From contig OZ360234.1 of assembly GCA_977017645.1 (NCBI GenBank), positions 28,148,001 to 28,212,000 of the forward strand: 64,000 nucleotides of DNA. Reading direction: 5' to 3'. Of this stretch, positions 1 through 12,953 are shown piece after piece; position 1 is the stretch's first letter; each line of letters opens with the position of its first letter. The position numbers were made by a program, and so were the translations under genes. Source of the stretch: Torpedo marmorata. Its lineage: Eukaryota. Under the pieces are notes generated by a model. That model saw only the letters and a list, made by a program, of their open reading frames with translations. It did no database searches and was not told the DNA's origin.

Positions 1-1162
1 AATATCCAAATTTAAGATTTTTGGTGGTCTTATCTTGTAGAAGTTTTATCTTGTAGAAGATTTGAAGAATTGCACTTGTAGAAGATCTGGCAATTCTGCT
101 AAGATTCAGGTATTCATTCTTTTATCCCTCTGTAATAATAAATAACTTTTTCCAAATATATCTTTCCTCTTCAAAGACCTTTATAATGCTCCTGTCTCTA
201 AAAACATTGGTTACCTGTTTGAATCTCTCAAATTAGGTTCCACCTGGCCACAATTTGCCATCTAAGCAGCAGAAGACCCAGAATTGTGCACTGGCACTGT
301 TAAACATTCAAATCCTGCAGCAATGTTCATTAGTTCACCCTGCTGCTAGACTCTGTGGGAGTCCAATGGAGAAGGCCACTTTTACTGACACTTTACAACA
401 TCTACACTAGGGAATAGATTCTTTGATTTAGCATTAGAAATTAAGAGCCTTAATGTTAGGTTTTTAATCAACTTTGTTTTTATTTTTAATAATTTTATGG
501 TCATCATTCATTAATGATTTTAACTGTCACTCAGTGGCACAAGGACAGCTTCTTCCCCGCTGCCTGAATAATCAATGAACCAAAGGCACTGCCTTACTTT
601 TCATGCACTATTTTTTTTAAAAATTTATTGTTGTAAATGTGGTTTATATGAATGTTTGCACTATGATGCTGCCGCAAAACACCGAATTTCGTGACTTGTT
701 CATGACAATAAATTCTGATTGTCATATTTAATTAAAAATGTAAAATCACTTGAAACTTTTATATATCCATTTCATGTGTGGGGTCTCCTCACCCTCATGC
801 TGAAAACTCTGCCCTGATGAGACCACATTACTGGAGACCTGGGTGCTTCAGACCAGTGAGATTGCTCTGTGCACTTGGACCAGATACGTGTGGACAGTGA
901 TTGCAGGCAAAAGGGATGGAGGGAGGATGGGGCTACTATCTGAAGTGATCAGTCCCTCTGCAGTCAGCATTAAGGTGGGAGGGAAGGGGGGTGCTTATTT
1001 TATTCCAATTTTGTATCTAACATTAAAATTTCCAAAGGGCAACTCTGGAACTGAGCCCTCAGAAAATCGAACCAATAGGTTGATACAGAAATTGAAGTTG
1101 GAGCATAACATGACAAAAACCAGGGAGCAAACAGGAAATGGCATTATGATCTGTTCAATCAC

Positions 1163-1318
1163 CTTGTTTGCAAATAATCTAATTTTGTTCACCAGAATCC
1201 AACAAGGATCTTTTCTGATCTGGTCATTTATGTCTTCAGTCTCCTTACTGATGAATTGTTCAAGTTTGTCTGGACTAGACAGACACTGCAGCTCCTGGGA
1301 AGATGTTTGATTTTTAAC
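1163..1318 (-). CDS. tnfsf10l: TRAIL-like TNF superfamily ligand, coding exon 2 (stalk): VKNQTSSQELQCLSSPDKLEQFISKETEDINDQIRKDPCWILVNKIRLFANK
   Basis: 156-bp phase-0 exon with acceptor tgttttgtttag and donor AAG|gtgatt, in frame with exon 1. The EL.CL...PC pattern resembles the stalk exon of fish TRAIL-like proteins (recalled VKSQ..EELRCL...EPC...K). Confidence 0.8.
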
Positions 1319-1402
1319 CTAAACAAAACATACAAGGGCTGTGTAAGGCTAGATGTAAAGATAAGAATGAATCTGTTACAATTTTAAAAATGTAGAAATA
1401 TA

Positions 1403-1610
1403 CAGGTATACCCCGCTTTACGAATACTCGAAATATGAAAATTCGCTTTTACGAAGAAAGCCGTGTTCGCTTTTATAAAAGGATTTGAATGGGTTTTCGC
1501 TTTTACGAAAATAGCCTCCAATAGTAGTGAATGGGTCTTCGCTTTACACCATTTTGGCTTACGAAAGGTTACCTAGGAACGCTCTAGTTTCTTAAAGCAG
1601 GGTATACCTG
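1403..1610. mobile_element. Tc1/mariner (Tigger/pogo-type) MITE
   Basis: TIRs caggtataccccgcttta / taaagcagggtatacctg, flanked by TA at 1401-1402 and 1611-1612. Confidence 0.85.
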
Positions 1611-1904
1611 TATTCAAACATTGTTACATTATTGCCTTACCATTTCAAGACTCTCACAATGAATTATTTTAAGAATAAAATACAGCAGTCATTACATTTC
1701 ACAAGATCTCACAAATGGCCATTTCCTTGCTCAATCCTTGCCTTTTTGGTGATTGATTTGGTGCCTTGCCATTGTGGATTAATCATTCAGCAGATAATTG
1801 AACATTAAAAAAAAGTCTGTTAATGTTCTGAATAGTCAGAAATTTATCTGTTGCCCCATATTAATTCTGCTCACTGTGAAATGGAATTTGAGAGGAAAAA
1901 AAAG

Positions 1905-2115
1905 TAGGCACGGTTAGTGTAGTAGTTAGCACCAAGTTCGCATCCGGCACTGTCTGTAAGGAGCTTGTGCGTTCTCCCTGTGTCTGTGTGGGTTTCCTCT
2001 GGGTGCTCCGGTTTCCTCCCACCCTTCAAAAAACATACAGGGGTTGTAGGTAACAGTATTTGGGGGGCTTGGGTTCGTGGGCCAGGACGTTTACCATGCT
2101 GTATGTCTAAATTTA
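1905..2115 (+). mobile_element. tRNA-derived SINE (HE1/V-SINE-like), degenerate
   Basis: A-box-like ggttagtgtagtag, then the core tgtctgtaaggag..gttctccctgtgtctgtgtgggtttcctctgggtgctccggtttcctccca shared with other copies in the window. Confidence 0.8.
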
Positions 2116-2984
2116 GTCAGCACAACAGGGAAGGAAAGATTAAATTACAAAGATCATCGCAGGCATTAACTGTGCCACTCTGCAGCTGCCTACAAGACAA
2201 ATAAAATTTGTTATTCTATAAGCAGTCTCGTGTTTCTCCTATTTAAAAGGAAATTTTGCAAATTCTATTCAATAGGGTGAATTCCTTTATCAAAATTTTA
2301 TACACCAAATGATGTTTATTGTTTCATGTAATCATAAAACACTTTCGGAGTGGATATTTAATGCCTACTGGGAGTCCCTCTGATTGTAGTGGAGCAAGTT
2401 ATAAGTATAATTGTAGAGAACTGAGAGGGTTTGTTATCCGTGGCCTGCTCTGAGGTTGTAGTCTCACTGCCAGAAAACTAAAGGGAGAGAGAGGAAGGAA
2501 AAATGGCTCTCAACTGGAAGGTATTTCCATCCATTTTTGTATTTTTTAAATACTGTGTGATTATTGCAAAGAAAATGCTTTTAGGCTTGAGTTTAGAGAA
2601 TTATGTTTTTAAATCAATTTTAAAGGATGTTCTCTTTCACAGTTTTCATTGTGTAACTAATGCCACCTAGAGCTGGTGGAAGAATGGAGACAAAAGAGAC
2701 TGCAGATAGTGAAAACTGGAACAAAACAACAGTGGGAGAACTCAGGTCAGTCAGCATCTTTGGAGGCAAAAGGTGCAAGTTGAAGTTTTGGGTCAAAACG
2801 AGACTGAAAGAACAGAACAAATGAGCAGAATAGAGCAGTGTAAAGGAGGTGGGATAGAGACTAGTAGGTGATATGGAACCAGGTGTGAAAGGGCTGATGG
2901 CTGAAGGAACCAGGAGGGGAGAGTGGAAGGAATCCTGCTGTTTGCTGCACTCCAAGCAAGAATATCAGAATGGGTTCTTGCTTA

Positions 2985-3165
2985 ATTAGTGACCTATTGT
3001 GGACTCACAACATCTCCTTTTGTCAGGAAGGCACAACAGCGAATGCACTTTCTCAAAAAAAAAGCGGCCAAGGCTACTGGCCACCATCATGTCAACCTTC
3101 TACAGGAGCTCTATCGGGAGCGTCCTGGCCGGCTGCATCACAATGTGGTACAGTTGCTGCAGAAA
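2985..3165 (+). mobile_element. Rex1/Babar-type LINE fragment
   Basis: Encodes WTHNIS..VRKAQQRMHFL...TFYRSSIGSVLAGCITMWY, nearly the same as the 47435-47863 copy. Confidence 0.75.
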
Positions 3166-3618
3166 TATGGAATGTTTTGGGAGGGACTCAAAAGGCACTT
3201 TCTAAATGCAAGTCTCTCTAATTTATAAAATAACAAAATGTATTTTAAAGCATTTATCAAAGTTTATACAACATAACCAGAAATAATTATGAAGAAATCC
3301 ACTAAAGTGCTGTATATAGCAATGCAAATAAGAACACTTAACACACCACAAAGTACACAGAAGATGTTAACAAAACCCAGAGGTAGCAGTAGGGACATTA
3401 AAGTTGAATTTATTATCACCTTTAAGCAAGACAAATCAACCCATTTCAATCCTATTCTCCTTTCAATGACTTGAACCCCCACCCCCCCCCCCCATTAATA
3501 CCCCACTAATAATCCTTGCATTGGACCTTGAAATTGGATCGTTGATCTGTTCCAAATATTGAAATAGTTTGCTTTCCTGCACAGACCTGTAATCATAGAA
3601 CTGGCACTTGGTTGATCC

Positions 3619-4764
3619 TGTAACGGATCTGTGTTAATATTAATATTTAGTAATGTTAAACTAAATTACTGTGTATATATACCGGTATATATGTCTTAGG
3701 TTATGTAGTGGGTTCGGTTACAGGGTCACACACAGGTCACAGCACATTTGCAGAAACCATTGCACGAAGAGAAACAGTGTCAGTTTGGAGATGCAGCGTC
3801 TAGGAAGACAAAGCCAATAATGGAATTGAAGTGGATTTTAATTGATTCCAGGACAATGTGTGGTTCTTAAAAGCATTTTTGTATACAATCAGCATTATGC
3901 TAGCAACTGTTGCAAACTCAAGTGCCATTTGAGTGACACGTGCCTAGACTTTTCAGAATCAAACTACTTAAGCCTCTTGAAACAGAGGTGGGGTCAGACG
4001 TTGTTATGGATGTAAGTGGTGTTGAAGAACTGAAACCGTGGTGATGTCACGTCACATGATATCAGCGAACTATATACGGAAGGCAGAGAGACATTTTAAT
4101 TAGAACTGAAGAAAACTTGACATCCTGGAAAGAGGATTGGAGCAGTAATCTCTGGAAATAGAAGGAGATGCTGTTCTGTCTTGTATCATCCTTATCATAG
4201 GAGATACACAACATAAGTGGCTTTTAAATAAGTAAGACCACTTCCGACTACTCTTTTAAGAAAATAGAGGCAGCCTCATTTGTGTCCAGAAGATGGTCAC
4301 TCCCGTTTAAGAAAGAAATCATCATGAAGATCACAGTTACGCAACCCTAACAAGATAAGGGGGAACGTGTGAAAACACTCGTAAAAAGGATATCTCTCTG
4401 AAAGACAACTCATCAAAACATGTGTGAGTTTGAAATAAATCTGATGCTCCATTCTTGCTTTATAATTACTTCTGAACCACAATTTAAAAGGATCCTCAAG
4501 TTCAACAAGATGTTTGAAACTGGAGTTTAAAATGGACTTTTCAGACTCAAGTTTAAACTGTAATGGTTTGGATTCTAACACACACATTTACATTTGTGCA
4601 TAGTGGGAATTAAGTTAGAGTTAAGTTTAGAGATAAGTAAGAAATGTTATGTGATTAATAGTTTAATGAAGAAAAAAACTTTTATTTTGAATTTACCATT
4701 GTCTGGTGAATTTTTCCATTGCTGTTCCTTTGTTAGTGATAGCAAGGTTTGTTAGTTCGTAACA
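3619..4764. mobile_element. solo LTR (1146 bp) in the TRAIL-like intron
   Basis: Starts TGTAACG and ends CGTAACA (TG...CA, imperfect terminal inverted repeat). Exact 4-bp TSD atcc at 3615-3618 and 4765-4768. No internal coding region. Confidence 0.75.
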
Positions 4765-5295
4765 ATCCCAATCCCCAACTCTTGCCAAAGCTTGAAGCAA
4801 GTTGATAAATGAAACACCTGTTAGATTACTCTCCTTCCACACTGAATGGACCTAATAGTTGTTGTAACGTGGCACTCTCATTACATTTCCGCATTCTTGA
4901 GTAAAATGTTCACACTTAACCATGAATAGATACTGTTTATAGATGGCCCCTTTTTCCATAGGGGACAGTAATAGTGTAATATCGTTAAGTGAATGGTAAA
5001 CAGCAACAAGTGCATCTTTTGTCATTTTCTCTCTCCTGCTCTGTGGCCAGTGATATTTAGGTATGTTCAAATAGCTAGTTGTACACTTCACTCGTTCTAC
5101 ATGTGCAATCTTCAAATGCTGATGGACTGCTTTCACAATGCATGGCTGATCAAACTACGATGATAATCCTATCATCAATATTTCTCCATTTGTTTTCAGG
5201 AGTCACTGAAGAATAATCAAATGTGGAATTTCTGTTGAATTTCCACCCTCCTGGCTGATGTTTCATTGCCAGCATTAGTTCTGCGATCATTTCAA

Positions 5296-5705
5296 AGTTC
5301 AGATTTATTGTCAGAGTACATACATGACATCACATACAATCCTGAGATTCTTTATCCTGCCGGTGAGGCAGAATTTCTACTTATCAATAGTGTACAAAAA
5401 AAATCTACTCAAGAAAAGATACAAAGAATGAAATGTAAACAAACTGGCTGTGTAATACAGAAAATAAATATTCAAGAACTCAGCTGAGGATCTGAATGAT
5501 TACACCAGGGTCATTACAGACTTTATCAAAACAGCTATGGACAGATGTGTCTCCACCAATTCGTTCAGGGTTTTTCACAACCAGAAGCCCTAGATGAAGA
5601 ATGAAATCCAGAACCTGCTGAGAGCCAGATCACAGGCATTTAAGTCTGGAGATCCAGATCACTAGACAAGGAGCAGGTATGACCTACAAAAAGCCATCTC
5701 CCGGG
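5296..5705. mobile_element. Rex1-type LINE pieces (minus-strand 3' tail plus plus-strand ORF fragment)
   Basis: Tail ttcagatttattgtcagagtacatacatgac.. also occurs at 11918 and, inverted, near 43520. It is followed by EDLNDYTRVITDFIK..NQKP*MKNEIQNLLRARSQAFKSGD, typical of Rex1 ORFs. Confidence 0.7.
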
Positions 5706-7430
5706 AAAATGCTGCTTCAAGAAACTCTCCTGGATGCACTTCACAAATTTTGACCATCTAACGACTGCAGTCCCCAGTCAATATTGGGAAGCTGAAGTCT
5801 CCCACTATGACAACCTTGTTGCTTCAGCAATTTTCCATAATCTGCACATCTGTTCCTCCTGTGGCTATTGAGAGGCCGGGAGTATAGTCCTATCAGAGTA
5901 AATGCACCTTTCCTATTTCTCATCTCTACAACACTGCCTCAGTGGTTGAGCCCACCATTAGGTCCTCTCTGCGTGGAGCTCTGACATTCTCCCTGATTAG
6001 AAATGCTATGCCTCCTTCTCTTTACCTACTTCTCTATCCCATTGAGATGCCAATCCTGTCCCTCTTGCAGCCATGTTTCCGTAACTTTTGAACTTTATTT
6101 GGAATTTTATCAAAGGCCTTCGAAAAATCCAAATACCCCACATCGACTGGCCCTCTATTATTTATTTTACCAGTTATGCCCTCAAACCTCTGGTAGATTT
6201 GCCAAACATGATTTCCCTTTCACAAGTCTATGCTGATTTCATCTAATCTCATTGATATTTTCAAAGTATTCTGTTAATACATCCTTTAATACAGACTCCA
6301 ACATTTTCTACCTCCTTTGTTTAAATGATGAGGTTACATTTGTCATCATCAACCATGCACTCACCCTTACATTGACTATATAAGTTTTAAGATGACAATT
6401 CCTGCATCCACTATTTCCATGGCTACTTCTTTTAGAATTTTGGGCTGTGGATTATCAGGCTCTGGGCATTTATTGGCTTTCAGTCCCTTTAATTTCTCCA
6501 GATTTTTAAATTCATTTCCTTGAATTTTTCTTTTTTTTTTATTAGATCCTTGGTTTTTCAGGGCATTATTTGCTGCATCTTCCATGAAAACAGAACAGAT
6601 GTACCGTATATTTCGGCGTATAAGTCGACCCCCCTTTTTCAGCCTCATTTTAATGGTTTTATTGTATATCTGGCGTATAAGTCGACCCCCAATTTTCAGG
6701 CTCTCCGGGCCTCCCAGCAACAACCCAAAATTTGTTACAACACCCCAATCACCAAGTAACAAAGCTGTAAATTAAGCAAGTAAGTAAAAAAAAACCTTTG
6801 CTTCTGGCCGGGAAGATGCAGGTGCGGCGACGTCTTTCTCCTGAGCAGGAGCGGCGACCTCGTTCTCCCGGGCAGGAGCGGCAACCTCAGGCTCTACAAT
6901 TGTAGAATGGCTGGGTGGTTTATGGCAGCGCCCGGCGGTGGGGAGGTGTCGGGGAGCGGCGGCGCCGGCAGTGGGGAGGTGCTTCCAGCGTCGACCTATA
7001 CGCCGAATCGGCATGGACTGGTTTTTGAGCTGATTTAAAGGTCTCAAAAGTATATCCGGCGTATAAGTCGACCCATTTTTTGAGAGATTTTTGAGGGTTT
7101 CAAGACTCGACTTATACGCCGAAATATACGGTATTTGCTATTTGCTGCAATTTCATTATTCTGCATTATAAATTCTCCCATTTCTAACTGTAAGGGAGTG
7201 ACAATTGTATTCACTGATCCTTTTCTTTTTACATCCTTGTAGAAGATTTTACCATCTGTTTCAGTGTTCCTTGCAGTTTATTTTCATTCTCCTTTTTTTC
7301 TCCTCTCTTAATCAACCTCTTGGTCCTTGCATGCTAATTCTAAAAATATTCCTAATTCCCAGGCTTGTTTTTTATTTTCTGACAAGTTTATAAGACTCTC
7401 CTTTTGATCTATCCTTACTTACTTGGCTGA
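5705..7430 (-). mobile_element. degraded CR1 LINE fragments
   Basis: Remnants ..IGLYSRP.. (endonuclease) and LKGLKANKCPEPDNPQPKILKEVAMEIVDA (RT N-terminal region), interrupted by the MITE at 6604. Confidence 0.7.
6604..7131. mobile_element. Tc1/mariner-superfamily MITE with subterminal repeats
   Basis: 25-bp TIRs ccgtatatttcggcgtataagtcga / tcgacttatacgccgaaatatacgg with TA on both flanks. Internal copies of ggcgtataagtcgaccc near 6670 and 7058. Confidence 0.9.
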
Positions 7431-7739
7431 ATGGTGTACTAACAACCTTGCACTCAATGTCACCCAACCTTAGAAGATGATTGTGGATTTTAGAATGGGA
7501 AAACCAGAATTGTATGATCCAGTGATCAGTGGGATTCAGAGGTGATCAAATTTAAATTCCTGGGAGTCACTATCTCAGGGGACCTTTCCTGGACCCATCA
7601 CACTAATGTCATCGTGAAGAAATTAACTCAGGGGAGAATTGGAGATCAAAACTAAGACCTTCTGGTCCAGCTCCTCAGCTGCTATTATTTTAGGTAGTCA
7701 CTTGAGATCTAGACTGGTCTCCTGTGCAAGAGTGGATTT

Positions 7740-8385
7740 ATCTACAGAAAATGCTGGAAGAACCTAGCAGATCAGACAGTATCTGTGGAAAGTGAAACAG
7801 TTAATGTTTCACAATCTGCACCCTCATCAGAATTAAGCGAGAAAGCCTAATTAACAAAGAAGGTGGCGGGTGTCAATAGGTAGAATAAAAGGAATTTCTA
7901 TGCTAGAATGAAATAAATTGGACAGATGTGAGGATTAAACTTCTTTGTGTAAATTTATCTGTCTGTACAAAAGAGGTTGACAGGCAAAAAATGGCCAATT
8001 CCCAAACAAACAGAAAGAACGAGTTGTCTAAACTTGGAGAATTTGATATTGAGTCCTGCACGTGCAGACAGAAGTTAAGTCAAATCAATCAAGCATGCAT
8101 TGGACTTGGTTACAACAGTAGATGACAGAGGTCAGATTGGGAGCCACCAGCATCACTCTTGCTGACTGAGAGCGCGTGTTCTGCAAAGCAATTGCCATTG
8201 TTCCACCCATCACCCTCCTCCAACTTTCCCTCCAACCCAGACTAATTAGTTGCTCCTTTCCTCAGTTATGATGAAGGGTCCCATACCTGCAACGTGAACT
8301 GTTTCTCCTTCCACAGATGCTGCTTGACCTGCGAGTTTTTTTTCCAGCATTTCCTGTTTTTACTTCAAATTTCTAGCATCTGCAC
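7740..8385. mobile_element. old Penelope-like element remnant with inverted tails
   Basis: Minus-strand tail 7740-7835 (ctgatgagggtgcagattgtgaaac) and plus-strand tail 8260-8385 (tgatgaagggtc..acagatgctgcttgacctgcgag..tccagcattt) resemble the tail at 15240-15350. Confidence 0.55.
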
Positions 8386-9094
8386 GTTTTTTTTTACATT
8401 ATCAGTGCATGCATCTACTCAGAGCTCGGAGACAACAATGCTGAAAATATTTGTGTTCTGCAGGTTATGATACTTATTGATCCAAGACCTCGGCACCATC
8501 AAACTCTCTCTAGCAGTTTTTCTGGCAGGAAGAAATGATACAACGACACACCCCTTCTGACGCAGGCTTGTTTCTGGTCTCCGGCTTGCAATTAAATAGG
8601 GCGAATCCAGGGCGACCGAAGTAGTAAATGGAAGCCCAGCCCTTTTCCTAGCATGCTGTTCGCGCACCTTAAGGAATTAAAGTAGCATTTCTCACAAGTA
8701 AAATGTTTGAACTGCTTTGTTTACAAACAGCACTGTGTCCCAAAACAAATCAGTGCACCGTAAACAGTAAATGGTGCCAATTTCCTCTTTCAATCAACGT
8801 CTGCTAATCTCGATTTGCAAATAAAATGTGCTGTCATCTTTAAGACATTTTCCTCGTTCAAATGTACTTTGAACAAAAAAGAATGTGTACGTTTGAAGAG
8901 GGGGACGACGACAAATCCGTGAACTCCCTTTGCGAGCAGTCTGGGTGGGTTGGATTCTAAAGTGTATTCCAATGCGTGCACGTCCACACAGGACCATGTT
9001 ATCTGCGATTTTTGGTACTAATCCCACTCTTTCGACTCGTCCAATTTTGCGGGCTCGGTACACTGCAGGGTGTTTCGTTTTCGATTTTCATCCA

Positions 9095-9290
9095 AGGGTA
9101 ACGCTTCCCCTTTACGGCGCCAGTGGCCCGGGTTCGAATCCGGCGTTCTCTGTTCTCCCGCGACCTGCGTGGGTTTGCACTGGGTGCTCCGGTCCCCCAC
9201 CCCCACCCCACGGGGTTGTAGGTTAATTGGGTGCAATTGAGCAGCACGGGTTTCAATAGCCGGAATCGGCGTTGTAAATAAAATACTGTA
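9095..9290 (+). mobile_element. tRNA-derived SINE (HE1/V-SINE-like)
   Basis: B-box ggttcgaatcc followed by the shared V-SINE core. Confidence 0.75.
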
Positions 9291-9563
9291 TAAAACAATA
9301 AAAAATTGTTATTCTGGCTCCAAGAGCCAACAGGAACCAAGTTAGAACTTACTTTGCAAACAGTATCTAATTATCTAGAAAGAGTATAACCTAGTCAGCA
9401 ATCACCAAAGCAGTTATGCAAATCAAAGGACATTTCCTTTTCCACTACATCTCGGGAGGGGGGTTATTTTCGACAATTACTTCTCAAATCCAGAGAATTG
9501 GCAATTTGTTAACTTCAAACCGACTCGTTCTGCAGATGGATTCATGCAAGGAGCAGAGTTTAC

Positions 9564-9749
9564 CTTTGACATTTCTCTCGTGAGATACACAAACAATCCG
9601 ACACTTGCCACTATTTGCACTATAAGCAAAGAAACGCCGCCGATCACAGCTCCCAGAAGCAGCTTGGAATTTACGGAGGTTCGGCTGTTCGGAGAGATCA
9701 TTGGAATCGCGGAGTCCGAACGGCACGACCGAGAGTTTTGTCCAGCCAT
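9564..9749 (-). CDS. tnfsf10l: TRAIL-like TNF superfamily ligand, coding exon 1 (cytoplasmic tail plus type II transmembrane helix)
   Basis: ATG in good Kozak context (gcgATGG), 62 codons ending ..LLLGAVIGGVSLLIVQIVASVGLFVYLTREMSK, donor AAG|gtaaac, CpG-rich surroundings. QI....GLFVYL...S.V resembles zebrafish Tnfsf10l (recalled LQIASTTGLFVYLNMSLSQV) more than RANKL. Confidence 0.8.
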
Positions 9750-10060
9750 CGCACCCCAAATGATTAGTAAACTCGGATCAACTGCCTGACTGGAAGGATA
9801 TAATCTCAACAAAATGTTTGCGAGAACTGTTGTGGGTGGGTCCTAATAGGAGACACCTGGCTGCTGAAAATCACTGCGCTGTTAGATCGAACCGATGTGA
9901 CTGTTGCATCCCGCTGTCTTGCTTTTCTTACGTCGAAATGGCGAGTTATAACGATGGCATTCACAGGGATATCAACACGTGATCTGTTCTTTATTAAAGC
10001 ATTCTCGATTATCTTAACATCCTAATCGTGGAAATTGCCTTCGAGCAATTTGGACCGCAA
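9750..10060 (-). promoter_or_regulatory. probable CpG-rich 5'UTR/promoter of the TRAIL-like gene
   Basis: CpG-dense unique sequence directly upstream of the ATG. Contains E-box cacgtg (~9977), YY1-like aaatggcg (~9936) and kB-like ggaaattgcc (~10030). Motifs are short and unverified. Confidence 0.45.
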
Positions 10061-10089
10061 AAAATAGTTTGTCCAGGATTGCAATATTT

Positions 10090-10670
10090 ATTTTTAAAAT
10101 ATTTTTATTGAGTTTAACATATAAACATGTATACAATTTTTTTTAGAACACATAATAAGTCATCTCATATTCATACTAAAGAAAAAAAACCAAATGGAAC
10201 TGCATTGACCAGTTCCTAAATTCACGTGAGAGACAAGTTATGAATATTCTGTAAATTCATGTTAAAGCCCATATTTCGAATTATTCAACTAAAAAGAGAA
10301 ATATAAAAAGAAAAAAAATCCAAACAAAAAAAACCTAAAAAACCCTCCCTCTATCAAGGTTACCTTTGTAAGAAAAAAGGAAAGAAAAAATGGATCAGAT
10401 AGCGACCTCCAGACGTCGGACAGAAAATCCTCGGAACATTTAAGATTCTTAATTCTTCCAATCATCATAGTATTCTATGAATGGGCCCCACATCTTTAGA
10501 AATTGAAACTTTCTATCTTTAATATTGTACCTAATTTTCTCCAAGCTCAAATAAGACATTACATCCTGTAACCACTGTATATGGGTAGGTGAGGAATCAT
10601 CTTTCCATTTCAATAAAATTGCTCATCTGGCTATCAACGTGGAAAAGGCTAAAACTTTCTCCTGAGATTG
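10090..10670 (-). mobile_element. L1/Tx1-clade LINE 3' fragment
   Basis: Minus-strand remnant ..AILLKWKDDSSPTHIQWLQDVMSYLSLEKIRY..WGPF.., then AATAAA and an A-rich end near 10090-10110. Confidence 0.7.
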
Positions 10671-10902
10671 CAATATTTAAATTAGTTAAATATCTATATC
10701 TTCTTTCAAATTAATTTAATTATGTCGCAAATTTGCAGCAATTTAGTTTCATTTAATGGCTTTTTAGAAAATGTCAGAATCACCCAAGGTCACTGAGAGT
10801 CCAAAAGGCAAGGTAAAGTCCAAACTTTCTTAAAGGCTCCTACACAGGTTTAATGGTTAAAAAAATGTATACAGAGAGCGTGCCAGTATTGACTGAGCTG
10901 CA

Positions 10903-11079
10903 GGATTGACCAAGTCATCTAGAAAACATTCCAAGAAGTTGCACTTGCCAATTTTGTCTGATGGTGTGCATGAAGTGCCTTCCATTCAGTATAACAGTCC
11001 AAGGCACTTCATGCACACCATCAGACAAAATTGGCAAGTGCAACTTCTTGGAATGTTTTCTAGATGACTTGGCCAATCC
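10903..11079. repeat. near-perfect inverted repeat (79-bp arms, 19-nt loop)
   Basis: 10903-10981 is the reverse complement of 11001-11079 with one mismatch. Loop ccattcagtataacagtcc. Confidence 0.95.
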
Positions 11080-11917
11080 AGTAGATTTTGAGGTGTGCCA
11101 TAAAGGATGATAAAGTATGGGGAGAGTTTCAGGTGTAAGCATTTGACAGTTGAAGGCACAGCCATGAGTGATTTAAAAACTGAAATGGTTAAGAGGGAAG
11201 AGAAAATAATTTTAAAATAGTCTGAGAGGAGTGAAGCACGAAAGTCTGCAGATGGTGTAATTGCAGTAAAAGCACAAATGCTGGAGGAACTCAGCAGGTC
11301 TCACAGCATCCATAGGAAGTAAAGATATATAACCAACTTTTTTTTAACCAAAATAGACTTTATTCACAATAAATTATTTACAAAAGGAAAATCGTTTTAA
11401 AGTCTCTTCCCACCCTTAGTTTCGTATCCATGCATTTCTGTTACTGTACATTGTTACATTTATTTCTATTTACTCCGTGGGTGGCCAAACCTTTTTGGTC
11501 ATGGGCCACATATAGAAAAATATAAGTAGTCACGGGCAAAACAATATTAAGCCCAGCAGGTTTCAACCAGTTACACTGTAAGAAAAACTGTATTTTTAGA
11601 CCAGAATACCCCTGTGCCATCGAAAATTCACTTTCTATCAAAATATCTATATCTATATATCTATACTGAACAATTTTACTGTTGACATTGCAGTAGTTTA
11701 TTGATGTGCTCACATATTACAGTAACCACTTCTGCATCTGATGCTCTTAAATTTAATTTAAATGAATAAAATAAAACGCTTTAAAACTCATTCAAAAAGC
11801 TGTGCAAAATAAAAAGCTGGGTGCAAAATAAGAACAGGAGCAAAGATCAAGAAAGGGACAAGGCCGTCTCCAACATTCCTCCACAACTCTCAGTGAATAC
11901 AGATCATGGCCTAAATG

Positions 11918-12953
11918 TCAGATTTCAGATTTATTGTCAGAGTACATACATGACGTCACATATAACCCTGAGATTCTTTTCTCCTGCAGGCACAGCAGAA
12001 TTACCACTAATTGGTAGTGCAAAAAGTAAACTGTAAACATGTAAACAATCAAAAGAACTGCTAACAGGTAATGAATGAAACTGAAAATGAAACTGTGCAA
12101 TACAGAGAGCCAATAAAAATCAATAAAGTGCACGAGTAAGAGTCCTTAAATGAGTCTCTGATTTGACTTTGTTGTTGAGGATTCTGATGGTAGAGGGATA
12201 GCAGCTGTTCCTGAACCTGGTGGTGCGCGTCTTGTGGCACCTATACCTCTCTCCTGATGGCAGCAGCGAGAACAGAGCGTGCGCTGGGTGGTGTGGGTCT
12301 TTGATGATTACTGCTGCCCTCCGACGGCAGTGTTCCCTGTAGATGTACTCAATAGTGGGGAGGGTTTTGCCAGTAATGTCCTGGGTTATGTCCAGTACCT
12401 TTTGGAGGGCTTTACGCTCAGGGGTATTGGTGTTCCCATACCAGACCGTGATGCAGCCGGTCAGCATGCATTCCACCACACATCTGTAGAAATTTTCCAG
12501 GGTTACTGGTGACATACCAAACCTCTGCAAGCTCCTGAGGAAGTAGAGGCGCTGACGTGCTTTCTTCACGATGCCATTGGTGTGTTGGGTCCAGGAAAGA
12601 TCCTTCGAGATAGTGACTCCCAAGAACCTAAATTTGCTCACTCTCTCCACCTCTGATCCCCCAATGATCACTGGATTGTATACCTCTGGCTTTCATTTCC
12701 TTAGTTTTGGTGACATTGAGTGCAAGGTTGTTTTTGGTGCACCATTCAGCCAAGTTTTCAATCTCCATCCTGTATGCTGACTCATCCCCTTCCTTTATAC
12801 AACCTACTACCGTGGTATCGTCGGCGAATTTGGAGGTAGTGTTATTGTCATACCGAGCTACACAGTCATAGGTGTAAAGTGAGTAGAGCAAGGGGCTAAG
12901 AACACAGCCCTGTGGTGCTCTGGTACTGATGGAGATTGTGGAGGAGAAGTTCT
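11918..12953 (-). mobile_element. Rex1/Babar-type LINE, 5'-truncated
   Basis: RT motifs LYSLYTYDC..KFADDTTVVG and FLGVTIS.DLSW..KKARQRLYFLR; tandem tail (aatctga)n at 11918. Confidence 0.9.

Noticed and set aside
214-262. Possible TRAIL-like exon 3 (cag GTGGAACC..AACAG gtaacc, minus strand)
   Set aside because: Weak acceptor, phase-2 end and no resemblance to the expected stalk sequence. The TNF homology domain is probably outside the window.
843-1310. 155-aa plus-strand ORF
   Set aside because: Antisense shadow of TRAIL-like exon 2 plus intron; no motif.
9750-9812. N-terminal extension in the ORF track (MLRLYP..)
   Set aside because: Begins at TTG. The ATG at 9749 has good Kozak context.
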